A stretch of 64,000 nucleotides of DNA from Candidatus Bathyarchaeota archaeon. GTDB taxonomy: Archaea > Thermoproteota > Bathyarchaeia > Hecatellales > Hecatellaceae. Location: assembly GCA_052246995.1 (NCBI GenBank), contig JBQPWD010000003.1:96001-160000 (forward strand), written 5' to 3'. Positions 9,145 to 18,638 of the stretch are shown one piece after another. Under the pieces are notes generated by a model. The model searched no databases. It saw nothing but the letters and a program-made list of their open reading frames with translations, and was not told the origin of the DNA. The position numbers were made by a program, and so were the translations under genes. Position 1 is the first letter of the stretch; the number at the start of each line of letters is the position of its first letter.

Positions 9145-9663
9145 CTATGCAATACCGTATGGTGTTAACCAGCCAAACAAAAATCCAACCCCGCATACAC
9201 CTATTACTGCTGCACCTATAAACAGTGAAACTACTGTAAGCTTTACTATTGGTTTTTTAAGAGCCAGCAATAACCAGAAGAGCCCCCAAAGATAAGCCCA
9301 CAAAACCCATAGGAAGCACATTAAGTACATACCAAACACTCCGGTAACGTAGATGAAAGGTATACATGCAAGAACAACAAACAAACAGTACCAGCCTAAA
9401 CCTGGTTGTTCTGTTGTACCTGTCATGATGTTGAAGAAAAGGTAGAAGTATGTGTAAGCAAAGAGTAGGAATGCTCCAAGGTTTAGAGGGTTCTTTTCAA
9501 CAAAACCATCATATGCACCTATCAGAAAACATATTATCCCTGTCCATAAAGCCATTGCCGCTGTTTCCTTTGCTCCAACCTTGCCCATCAGGAAAAATGC
9601 TACTATGACTAATGCTGCACAAACATAGAGAGCTGCAACCCCAATTAAATCTGGAGAAGCCAT
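9145..9663 (-). CDS. AmiS/UreI family small-solute (amide/urea) channel
   Basis: About 6 hydrophobic segments; LLFAYTY, GLGWYCLFV and LWAYLWGLFW signatures. Confidence 0.85.
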   Translation of the reverse strand: MASPDLIGVAALYVCAALVIVAFFLMGKVGAKETAAMALWTGIICFLIGAYDGFVEKNPLNLGAFLLFAYTYFYLFFNIMTGTTEQPGLGWYCLFVVLACIPFIYVTGVFGMYLMCFLWVLWAYLWGLFWLLLALKKPIVKLTVVSLFIGAAVIGVCGVGFLFGWLTPYGIA

Positions 9664-9939
9664 ACCTACTAATGCAGTGAAGGTGAATATTAGACTTTTG
9701 GTCAGAAAGGAGATAATAACCGAAAAATTATAGAATTAGAAACTGGGCGGCAAAGTAGCGAAAGAGGTAAAGTTACAGTCTCTTATAATCTTATTATGTT
9801 ATTATTGTTTTAATTATTTCAGTGTAAATTCTAGAAACTTTAATAAAAATGTTGCAAAAGATTTAAATCATTTATACATACAAAATATAATATCACAAAA
9901 AAGAGAGCAAAACTAAGTAAAAAATATGGTGGTAGAACT

Positions 9940-11979
9940 ATGAGTCAACCAAGTGGAGAAAGAAAAATTAAGGTTGGAGATAAGGAGTTTACAGTACCTT
10001 TAGGTGAACTTGAGTTTATACCGTGCTCAGGTACGCTTATTGCTGAAGCTTTGGTTGAACATGGGGTTGATGTTGTTTTCGGTGTTCAGGGAGGCCATAT
10101 ATGGCAGTTTACCGATGAGATAGCTAGACATGGAATAAAAATTGTTACAGTACGTCATGAACAAACAGCTGTTTATGCTGCTGAGGCTTATTCTAAGGTT
10201 AAGAGGAGACCTGGAGTTGCATTTGCCACGGTAGGCCCTGGAACAGGAAACATGGTAAGTGCAGTGCAGCAAGCCTATTTAAGCAGAAGCCCAATAATCG
10301 TTCTACTTGGAGGCCATGAAATAGAGCATGACAGGCTTTACACAACCATCCAGGAGGCTTATGCTGAAGACCTTTATGATGGAATTTCTAAATGGACTCA
10401 AAGAATTGTTCATCCATGCCAAATTAAACAGTTTATATGTAGAGCTTTCAAGGATGCTATGAGCTACCCCTATGGTCCAGTGGTTTTAGAATTTTCCATA
10501 TCATGCCTACTCACACTCCTACCGCCAAAACCATTCCCAGTTTACCAAGAGTTATTTGCAGCCCAGACAGCTGTTGACGGCAAAAATACCCTCTACACAC
10601 CTAAATGGTATGGTGAAAACACAGGTAAACCATTCAGCTTTGGTGGAGATCCAGCCCTTATTGAGAAGGCTGTTAAAGCAATCTATGAAGCTAAAAGCCC
10701 AGTTATTATTGCTGCTGACGGAGCCCACTGGGCTGATGCTGGACCCGAAATTCAAGAATTTTGTGAACTTGCACAAGTTCCTGTAAGTGGTAGAAGGCTT
10801 GGTAGGGGTTGTATACCTGAAACCCATCCACTACACTTTAGAAGTAGAGCTGCACATGCATTTATCAGGGATGCTGACCTTGTTGTTCTTGTTGGTATGA
10901 AGGTTGGATTTTTTGATGGCTATGGTGCTGAATGGAGGAGAGTAATTCAAATAACCGAATCTCCGGAGCAAGTTTGGACATGGCTTCCAACAGAAGTTGT
11001 TGTTATAGGTAATCCTAAAGTTGTTTTTCGGCAGATGGTTGACTATGTTAAGTCTCATAATCTTAAACCTCCACCTGAAAGAAAAGAATGGGTTGAAAAG
11101 GTTCGGCAGTCTGAGAAGGAGCAGTATGAGAGGCTTATTGCTAAGGCTGAGAAGTATAAGGATCATAAGCCTCTACATCACGCATGGATTATGAAGGTTT
11201 TATGGGATATTGTTGAGGAAAGGTATGGTGGAGAAAACTACATAATCCAAGACGGCTTCACAATGTCAGACTATTCTCCACCGTTCATCAAAGCTAGAAT
11301 ATCTGGGCAATGTATGGATGCTTCTGAACAGGCAGGTGTAGGCCACAGCGTAGGAATGAGCATAGGAATATGCTTCGCAAACCCAGAATTCACAAGAAAA
11401 AAACCAGTAATAGCCCTACTAGGAGATGCAGGTGTAGGAAATAGCGGTATGGATATAGAAACAGCACAAAGATTCAACCTACCAATAGTATACATAATAA
11501 CAAACAACGACGGATGGTTAACAAGCTGTAAAGCAACCCACTACTCAACTTCTAGAGGTAAACAATGGGATGGTTTAGGCCCTGACCCAGATAACCTTAG
11601 AATAGGCCACAGCGAATTCCTAAAAGATATTAGGTATGATAAGATGTTTGAGGTTCTCGGTTGCCACACCGATTGGGTTACAGAACCAGCCCAACTCAAA
11701 GACACATTAAACAAAGCATTCGACGCAGCAGAAAAAGGAAAAGTAGCAGTAGTAAACATAGATGTAGACCCAACAATTGCTAATAAAGCAACATATACCC
11801 CGGTCTATACGCTGGTTTGGGCTCATATACCATGGGATAAAACACCTAAGAGAAACAAGGCTTTAAGAAGAACCTTCTTAGCCGTGTTGTTTGGAGAAGC
11901 GTTTAAGAAGTATGGTATACCTGAAATGCCTCTTCCAGATCCATGGGAACCTGTTAAAGATGAAGAAATGGAGCCATAA
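9940..11979 (+). CDS. Large ThDP-dependent enzyme, 2-hydroxyacyl-CoA lyase-like (paralogue 2)
   Basis: VRHEQTAVYAAEAY, VGPGTGN, SEQAGVGH, GDAGVG..MDIETA..NLPIVYIITNNDGW; collinear with 4239..6458. Confidence 0.85.
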   Translation: MSQPSGERKIKVGDKEFTVPLGELEFIPCSGTLIAEALVEHGVDVVFGVQGGHIWQFTDEIARHGIKIVTVRHEQTAVYAAEAYSKVKRRPGVAFATVGPGTGNMVSAVQQAYLSRSPIIVLLGGHEIEHDRLYTTIQEAYAEDLYDGISKWTQRIVHPCQIKQFICRAFKDAMSYPYGPVVLEFSISCLLTLLPPKPFPVYQELFAAQTAVDGKNTLYTPKWYGENTGKPFSFGGDPALIEKAVKAIYEAKSPVIIAADGAHWADAGPEIQEFCELAQVPVSGRRLGRGCIPETHPLHFRSRAAHAFIRDADLVVLVGMKVGFFDGYGAEWRRVIQITESPEQVWTWLPTEVVVIGNPKVVFRQMVDYVKSHNLKPPPERKEWVEKVRQSEKEQYERLIAKAEKYKDHKPLHHAWIMKVLWDIVEERYGGENYIIQDGFTMSDYSPPFIKARISGQCMDASEQAGVGHSVGMSIGICFANPEFTRKKPVIALLGDAGVGNSGMDIETAQRFNLPIVYIITNNDGWLTSCKATHYSTSRGKQWDGLGPDPDNLRIGHSEFLKDIRYDKMFEVLGCHTDWVTEPAQLKDTLNKAFDAAEKGKVAVVNIDVDPTIANKATYTPVYTLVWAHIPWDKTPKRNKALRRTFLAVLFGEAFKKYGIPEMPLPDPWEPVKDEEMEP

Positions 11980-12014
11980 ATAAAAATATTCTTTTAACAT
12001 TCCACTAACTTTTT

Positions 12015-12779
12015 TTAGGTTAATTCTGGGTAGACGCATAGTACTTCTTCTTTAATTTGTACTTCATTGTGAACCCACCAGACATTTCTTAAGTATCTTC
12101 TTGAAACGTTTACAGCTTCAACAACTTCATCTACTGATGCACTTCTCCATGGTGCAGATGGCACCGCAACATAACCAATTACTGTAAACATTATTCCCTC
12201 ATCTACTGATGAAACAAATCCTGCAATATTTTCAACTTCACCCTTGTCAATTAACCCTGGAATTAGTACTGTTGTAGCTCTTGGTACAAGTTCACTACCC
12301 CATAAAAGCCTAAAATTTTTAAGAACATCTTTGTTTGACTTTCCAGTATAATACTTGTGAAGCTTGTCATTGTATGCCTTTATGCTAACTCTAACCTCAT
12401 CTAAACCTGCAACCTCCAGACTTCTAATCTTATTCTCATCTAAGCAATACGCATTTGTTTCAAGAATAATTCCTAAACCATGGTGACTAAGCATTTCAAC
12501 AATTTTGGGTAGATTTGGGTCTAAGGTTGGCTCCTGACCGCTAAGTAAGACTATCTTTACATCCGAAAATTGAGGTAAGATTTGCTTAAGTCTCTCTAAG
12601 CTTAAAGTTTTTAACGGTTGAGGTTTAAGCTTTTCCTGAACATTTTTTGGTAGTGAAGGAGACCAGGGTGAAAGCTTATTTATACAGCCTAAACAGTTAA
12701 AATTACAGTTTTTAAAAAGTAAGCCCAGTACACGACGCTTAGTAAAAAAAATTATATGGTAAATGTTTGTTTCATCCAT
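12015..12779 (-). CDS. Radical SAM protein (PflA/activase-like)
   Basis: CNFNCLGC (CxxxCxxC), SGQEPTL, ETNA, SIKA, TVLIPG. Confidence 0.82.
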   Translation of the reverse strand: MDETNIYHIIFFTKRRVLGLLFKNCNFNCLGCINKLSPWSPSLPKNVQEKLKPQPLKTLSLERLKQILPQFSDVKIVLLSGQEPTLDPNLPKIVEMLSHHGLGIILETNAYCLDENKIRSLEVAGLDEVRVSIKAYNDKLHKYYTGKSNKDVLKNFRLLWGSELVPRATTVLIPGLIDKGEVENIAGFVSSVDEGIMFTVIGYVAVPSAPWRSASVDEVVEAVNVSRRYLRNVWWVHNEVQIKEEVLCVYPELT

Positions 12780-12788
12780 TACTTAAAC

Positions 12789-13931
12789 CTAATCTCTAGG
12801 CCAACACCACCACTGTTGCCTGTATGGAGGAATATGTTCCCAGCTTATAAACGGAAACTGGTCTGGAGATGTTTGAAGAGCCCATTTTAAAGGTTTCTTT
12901 AAAACTCTTCCACTTTTTGTTGTATAGGGTCTTAAATCTCTCTCTAAAACCCACTCTAAAAGTCTTCCAAGCCCTAAAACTTTATCAATGTTTACACCAG
13001 TGTCGATACCCATTTCATCAAACATAACAAGAGTATCTTCAGTTGAACAGTTTCCAGTTAAATCTGAAAAAGTGTAAAGTGTTCCTGTGCCTGCAGGTAC
13101 AATATCCCCAGCAAAAAATGTTGGCTGTCCACCTAACCCTCCAAGGGAGGCCTCTACAATTTTTACCCCTCCAAGTATTGCTGCTAACGTGTTGGCTAAA
13201 CCCATACCTCTACTATCGTGGAAGTGTGCTAAATGACATTCTGCATCTGGAAATCTATCATGAAGCTCACAGTAAAACTCGTAAACCTCTTTTGGGTTAG
13301 CTTCCCCAGTTGTATCACAGGGTGTAAACTTTTTAATACCCATTTCTAAACCTCTCTCAATAAGCCACATAGCCTTTTTAGTTGTTTTTTCCCAAGGCAT
13401 GTTACCAGTAATTGGACAGCCAAAAACCGAGGCTATAGCCATATCTATGGTTATACCTGCACCTTGACAAAGTTCAACAAACGTTGGGATTTCCTTTAAA
13501 AATTGTTCAACCGTCCTGTTAGCGTTTCTTAAGCAATGTTCATCTGTTGTTGAAATGGTAAAAGCACATAAATCTACTGATAAACCTTCATCTTTGGCTT
13601 TAACAGCCCTTTCAAAAGCCTTCGTAGTCATGGCATAACACTTATACTTTACACCAGGTTTCCTTTTAATCCTTCTAAGAACATCCTCAGCATCCTTAAA
13701 TTGAGGCATCCACCTTGGATGAGCAAAATTGGTAACCTCAACAGTATCAAACCCACAATCAGAAAATTGGTCTATAAAGAAAACCTTAGTTTCTGTTGGC
13801 AGTATCTTTCTTTCATGTTGAATACCATCCCTAGCAAAAAGTTCAACCATTTTAACATGTTTAGGTAGCTGGCTATCAAAAAGCTCCTTAACAAATTTTC
13901 TGTTTTCTTCTTGGGTTTTTACATGAGTCAA
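12789..13931 (-). CDS. Hydroxymethylglutaryl-CoA lyase family (DRE-TIM) protein
   Basis: ARDGIQHE, FGCP, CDTTG, HFHDSRGMGLAN, SLGGLGG, GNCSTED. Confidence 0.88.
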   Translation of the reverse strand: MTHVKTQEENRKFVKELFDSQLPKHVKMVELFARDGIQHERKILPTETKVFFIDQFSDCGFDTVEVTNFAHPRWMPQFKDAEDVLRRIKRKPGVKYKCYAMTTKAFERAVKAKDEGLSVDLCAFTISTTDEHCLRNANRTVEQFLKEIPTFVELCQGAGITIDMAIASVFGCPITGNMPWEKTTKKAMWLIERGLEMGIKKFTPCDTTGEANPKEVYEFYCELHDRFPDAECHLAHFHDSRGMGLANTLAAILGGVKIVEASLGGLGGQPTFFAGDIVPAGTGTLYTFSDLTGNCSTEDTLVMFDEMGIDTGVNIDKVLGLGRLLEWVLERDLRPYTTKSGRVLKKPLKWALQTSPDQFPFISWEHIPPYRQQWWCWPRD

Positions 13932-13949
13932 TTTGTCTAACCCCTCCTT

Positions 13950-15536
13950 CTATTCAGAAGAAATAAGAAGTGTTTTGTACTGTTCCCTTAAAATTCTCTT
14001 TAAAATTTTTCCTGTTAACGTTCTTGGAAAATCATCCACAAACACAATTTTCTTTGGAGCCTTAAACCTTGCAATTCTTTCTTTACACCACTGAATAAGC
14101 TCCTCCTCAGAGGCTTTTCTACCTTCCCTAAGCTTAACAAAAGCTGTAACAGCCTGCCCCCATTTCTCATGTGGTAAACCTGCAACTGCACACTCGTAAA
14201 CTGCTGGATGTTCCATTAAAACATTTTCAACCTCGGTTGATGCTACATGCTCACCCCCAGTTACAATAACATCATCAGACCTTTCAGCTAAATGTAAGTA
14301 TCCCTCTTCATCAAACCATCCTAAATCTCCAGCCGTAACCCATTCACCCTTAATAGCTTTTGCGGTTTTTTCAGGATCTTTGTAGTAGCCTGAGAATGCC
14401 ATGGGGGTTTTAACCCATATCTGTCCTACAACACCTGGAGGGCATTCTTTACCGTTCTCATCAAGTATTTTAACTTCTACCTCAGGTAAAACTTGACCAA
14501 CAGTATCCAGCTTTCTACCTTGAAGGATATCTTTATGTCTTAATGTTGTAACTGGACCTGTTTCTGTTGAACCATAACTGTTACTTAACCTAATGTTTTT
14601 AAAAAATTCTACAACCTTTTTAATGGTTGATGGGTAAAGCATTGCTGAACCACTACCGATCGAATCTATACTGCTTACATCATACCTTTTTTTAACCTCA
14701 TCTGGAAGTTCAAGTATTGAAAGAAGCATTGCAGGTACAACAGACGTTGTTGTAACCTTATATTTATCTATAAGTTTGAGAACTTCTTCAGCATCAAACT
14801 TTCCACCAGGAGCCCTGTAAACCACGTTTGTTCCACCATACCAGAACGTTATGGATGTACTCCAAATGGAGTTTGAATGAACTAGAGGCATGAGGACAAG
14901 TAGAACTCTTTTTTCAGGATTAACTCCCTCTCTAGACCATCCTCTCATAACAGCATTCTGCATATTTTCAAGTAAAGCCTTATGGGAAACCATAACACCT
15001 TTAGGTAAACCTGTTGTTCCCGACGTATATCCAATGTAACATAGGTCTAAAGGTTTAATATGTACATCAGGGTCTTCTGGAGAACCGCTGGAAACAAGGT
15101 CTTCATAGCTCAACATGTTTGATGGTACTTCCTCACCTATTACTATGTAATGCTTAATTTTCTTAAGGTCCTCCATTATAGGAGCTATTACTCCTAAAAG
15201 TTCATCTTCAATTATCATTACCTCAGCATCGCAGTGGTTTATTATGTACCTCATGTTTTCCAATGTTAACCTATAATTTATTGGCACAAGAACAATTCCA
15301 GCTCTAATTAAGGCTTGAATTATTTCAACAGCCTCTAAGCAGTTGTAGGTTAAGTAGGCAACTTTGTCACCCTTTTTTACACCAAAGTTTATTAATGCGT
15401 TTGCCAACCTGTTAACTCTTTCATCAAGCTCCTTATAGGTTAAACTTTTAACTATTTCCCCATGCTCGAAGATTACAGCCTTTTTTTCAGGATATTTCCA
15501 TGAACTGATTTTTAATCCTACACTAACATCTATCAT
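13950..15536 (-). CDS. AMP-forming acyl/aryl-CoA ligase
   Basis: YTSGTTGLPKG, YGSTE, AGDLG, PRTLTGKI. Confidence 0.92.
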   Translation of the reverse strand: MIDVSVGLKISSWKYPEKKAVIFEHGEIVKSLTYKELDERVNRLANALINFGVKKGDKVAYLTYNCLEAVEIIQALIRAGIVLVPINYRLTLENMRYIINHCDAEVMIIEDELLGVIAPIMEDLKKIKHYIVIGEEVPSNMLSYEDLVSSGSPEDPDVHIKPLDLCYIGYTSGTTGLPKGVMVSHKALLENMQNAVMRGWSREGVNPEKRVLLVLMPLVHSNSIWSTSITFWYGGTNVVYRAPGGKFDAEEVLKLIDKYKVTTTSVVPAMLLSILELPDEVKKRYDVSSIDSIGSGSAMLYPSTIKKVVEFFKNIRLSNSYGSTETGPVTTLRHKDILQGRKLDTVGQVLPEVEVKILDENGKECPPGVVGQIWVKTPMAFSGYYKDPEKTAKAIKGEWVTAGDLGWFDEEGYLHLAERSDDVIVTGGEHVASTEVENVLMEHPAVYECAVAGLPHEKWGQAVTAFVKLREGRKASEEELIQWCKERIARFKAPKKIVFVDDFPRTLTGKILKRILREQYKTLLISSE

Positions 15537-15719
15537 TTTTCGTTACCTACCTACTATTTAAATGAGGATAAACAGGTATAAACTTGTATATTTTTTAGAT
15601 ATTATGCTGTATTTTGAGAACCGTTATAAAATTTACCTATAAATTCTACATAGTCTACATGGAAACCTCTAAAACCTGCACCAAATTTAAAAAATAATTG
15701 TTGTGAAATCCTGCTTTAT

Positions 15720-16517
15720 TTAGGCGGTTAGAAGGAAGATGAGAAAAACAGCCATAACACCTGTAAGGTAGATTCCGTCAAAAGTCCCAGCCCCACCTAT
15801 GCTAATCATCCCAGACCTAAAATTTGGAAATTTTTTGATGTTGAGAAGGTCAGCACCAATTAACGTTCCAAGTGAACCTGAAACATATCCAATAATGTAA
15901 GGGTTTGCCTGTGTGAAAATAGGGAAAATTATGATTGTCAGGATAGCTGTTAAAAGTGGTGGGATAAACCCTGGAACCATGATACCTACACCTGGAACAA
16001 TCCTAGAAAATTTGTTAACAACTAATGCAATCATGAAAGTTAAAATTGAAATTTTTATGTATGTTAACGGAGGATTAGGGTCTAAGGAGGGTATAGTATA
16101 CAGGAGAAGATAGGCTGAAACAAAGATAGGAATTATTGCTCCACCAAGATTTATAGCAACAACCATCTTCTGCTCTCTTAAGACAACCTCAGGGATTACC
16201 CATCTAAAACCAAAAAACGATACTTCCCGGGAAACAAGTACTGGTTGATTTACTTTAAACTCCTTTAATGGAAAATTTACCACACCCCCAACCAACGAAA
16301 CCCACACTATAACAAAAACTAGAGGTAAAGGTAGGCCAAGTCCATACCTAAAAACAACACCGTAAAATATTAAAAAAAACGGTAGGAAAACTAGTGTTAA
16401 CAAAAATATTAGGAAAAATTGAGGTAAAACTATTGGCTGAAGAACTATCTTCCTTCTTCTCTTTCTCCTAGAAAAATTTTCATCCAGCATTATATTCAAA
16501 CCATGCCCTCTAGACAA
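15720..16517 (-). CDS. DUF1614 family membrane protein
   Basis: AINLGGAIIP, GSLGTLIGADLLN, SIGGAGTFDGI; start uncertain. Confidence 0.85.
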   Translation of the reverse strand: MSRGHGLNIMLDENFSRRKRRRKIVLQPIVLPQFFLIFLLTLVFLPFFLIFYGVVFRYGLGLPLPLVFVIVWVSLVGGVVNFPLKEFKVNQPVLVSREVSFFGFRWVIPEVVLREQKMVVAINLGGAIIPIFVSAYLLLYTIPSLDPNPPLTYIKISILTFMIALVVNKFSRIVPGVGIMVPGFIPPLLTAILTIIIFPIFTQANPYIIGYVSGSLGTLIGADLLNIKKFPNFRSGMISIGGAGTFDGIYLTGVMAVFLIFLLTA

Positions 16518-16551
16518 TAAATGCTTATTAATCTTGAAAAATATAGGTTTT

Positions 16552-16610
16552 CTTGGATGATGAGTGGCGACGACAATGAATAGATGATTTTATTTTACAC
16601 TCTGACTAAG
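16552..16610 (+). ncRNA. Box C/D methylation-guide sRNA
   Basis: C box ATGATGA 16557-63, 12-nt guide, D' ATGA 16576-79, C' ATGATTT 16584-90, 11-nt guide, D box CTGA 16602-05; terminal stem CTTGG/CTAAG; intergenic. Confidence 0.8.
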
Positions 16611-16612
16611 GA

Positions 16613-17047
16613 TTAGATATCAAAAAGAACTTTAACAACAATTAACTCATTTTCTTTTCCTATTTCCATTGAATGGTAAGTTACAGCTTTAACTTCAACT
16701 TTTGATGGATGTTTTTCAGGGTTATATTGTTCCCCCCAAGCTTCACCCTTAAGCTTAAAACCACTAGCAAATCTTTTAACTTCATAAATCTTAAATTTTG
16801 AAAAAAGCATACTCTCCGCACCAAACTTTATAAGCAAACTCTCCAGCCAACTATAGAGTAAAGCTTTTTCATCCTCACCTTCAGCGTAAACTTCAACCTT
16901 AATTTTAGGTTCAACAAGGTTTGTATCTGTCATTGACTGAAACATTGCCAAAGCTGCGTTTTCGAAAGCTTCTTCCAAGGTTTTACCGTAGGCTGCAACG
17001 TAAACATCACTTACATGTTCCAGAAATTTAAACTTAGGCATATTCAA
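16613..17047 (-). CDS. Archease
   Basis: FLEHVSDV..AYGKTLEEAFENAA, EVKAVTYH, C-terminal FDI. Confidence 0.93.
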   Translation of the reverse strand: MNMPKFKFLEHVSDVYVAAYGKTLEEAFENAALAMFQSMTDTNLVEPKIKVEVYAEGEDEKALLYSWLESLLIKFGAESMLFSKFKIYEVKRFASGFKLKGEAWGEQYNPEKHPSKVEVKAVTYHSMEIGKENELIVVKVLFDI

Positions 17048-17078
17048 CCTCCAAACCTCAAAGTAGGTTAATTAAATG

Positions 17079-18026
17079 TTATGTTAAAATGTTGTTTTTG
17101 AATCTAATCATCCTCCAATTTTTAATGTAATCCTCTACTTGGGGAAGAGTTATAGGCGTAAAATGGGATTGTAATGCAAGCTCTTTTAAAGCATCAAACC
17201 CTAAAACTAAGCCGATAAACTCAGATATGTGGAGAACAGGAAGACTGAGTTTTTTAAATTCTTCATATTTTACAAACTCATCAAAAGTATAAAGACAGGT
17301 TGGACAGGTAACAACAACAAGGTTTGCACCAGTTTCTTTCATAGATTTAAGTTTAGCTTTAGTTATACTAACAGATAAGCTAGGGTTTTTAAGCGATGAA
17401 ACATTAAGCCTTACACCACAGCAAAGATGTTTTTCACCATATTCCACAACCTCTCCACCAAGTGTAGTTATAAGTTCTTCAAGAAAACCTGGATCTTCAG
17501 GATTACCTAAAACTTTTTCAGGAGAGGATTTTACATAATGGCATCCATAATGAACTGCTGCTTTAACTCCTTTAAGATTAATTTTTTGCTTTTCTAGTAT
17601 CCTGTTTTTGGCTTTGTAAAATACTTCGGATACATGAAAGATGTTAACATTCCAATCAGGTTTAACATTAAGTTCAAACAAAACTTTTTCAACTTCACGT
17701 ATAGATGAATTTTCTTTTATGTTTTTTAGTACCCGCAAAAATGTTCCATAGCATGTATCACAAATTGTTACCAGGTTTTTTGAGAATTTTTCTGCAACCC
17801 AAATATTCCACCCTGTAAGTGCTGTAAGAATTTTAAAATCTGCAAATCCTGAAAAATTTGCGAAACTTCCACAGCAAACCTCCTCATAGGAGGTGTAAGG
17901 TGTATAACCTAGATTTTTAAGAGCTTTAAGAGTTGAATACTCAATACCCGGATATCTATTTTTTGTTTGACATCCAAGAAAAATAAAAATGGGTCCCTTA
18001 TCAGGAATTTCCTCGACGCTTTTCAT
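17079..18026 (-). CDS. hdrB: Heterodisulfide reductase subunit B-like
   Basis: Two CCG domains: FLGC..CCG..CDTC and HYGCH..CCG..CPTC. Confidence 0.85.
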   Translation of the reverse strand: MKSVEEIPDKGPIFIFLGCQTKNRYPGIEYSTLKALKNLGYTPYTSYEEVCCGSFANFSGFADFKILTALTGWNIWVAEKFSKNLVTICDTCYGTFLRVLKNIKENSSIREVEKVLFELNVKPDWNVNIFHVSEVFYKAKNRILEKQKINLKGVKAAVHYGCHYVKSSPEKVLGNPEDPGFLEELITTLGGEVVEYGEKHLCCGVRLNVSSLKNPSLSVSITKAKLKSMKETGANLVVVTCPTCLYTFDEFVKYEEFKKLSLPVLHISEFIGLVLGFDALKELALQSHFTPITLPQVEDYIKNWRMIRFKNNILT

Positions 18027-18556
18027 TTGATACCACTCTTATAGTTTAGGCTTAGCTTTGAAAGAAACTCTTCAAATCCAAGTTGTCTTAACATATTCCT
18101 AATTTTTTCTAAAGACTCCTTGGATATTTCTGGTGAAGGGTTGAGCCCGAGAAACCTTCTAATATTTATTCTTCCAAATGGCAGGATTGATCCTGTATTT
18201 AGTAGGTTTTTTGCAACCTCCTCCACTAACTTATAAACATCATTAGCAAAACCCTCTGCCAGCAAGTTTATCCTTAGCTTGATAACAATTTCCGGTAAAG
18301 GTATACTATGGGGACAAAGTTTACTGCAATCAAAACATAAAAAACACTTCCAAGCTACTTCTAAACCATCTTTAGAAGAAGCTAAGTTTTCTTTTCTAAG
18401 CATTTTTAATGAGAGAAGCCTTACATTAAAATCTTTTTGTAAAAATCTTGTTGAAGGACAGACGGAAGAACATAAACCACATTGAAGACAAGTTTTTACA
18501 AGACTGAAAAGTTCTACGCTTTCTCCATTTTTGATAAACTTTTCTTTTGGGGCCAA
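18023..18556 (-). CDS. hdrC: Heterodisulfide reductase subunit C-like
   Basis: CLQCGLCSSVCP and WKCFLCFDCSKLCP; overlaps hdrB by 4 nt. Confidence 0.85.
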   Translation of the reverse strand: MAPKEKFIKNGESVELFSLVKTCLQCGLCSSVCPSTRFLQKDFNVRLLSLKMLRKENLASSKDGLEVAWKCFLCFDCSKLCPHSIPLPEIVIKLRINLLAEGFANDVYKLVEEVAKNLLNTGSILPFGRINIRRFLGLNPSPEISKESLEKIRNMLRQLGFEEFLSKLSLNYKSGIK

Positions 18557-18638
18557 TATTTACCTATGCTACCTCCAAAAAATTAATTATAGAATCTCCT
18601 AATATGACTTGCTTTAGCTTTAAAGTAAGAAAAAACTG

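Noticed and set aside
8936-9295. 119-aa plus-strand ORF
   Set aside because: It overlaps the amiS-like and Cys-rich genes on the minus strand and has no recognisable features.
4239-11979. Calling the ThDP genes ilvB (acetolactate synthase)
   Set aside because: No ilvN/C/D context, oversized proteins and an HACL/OXC-like ThDP-motif region.
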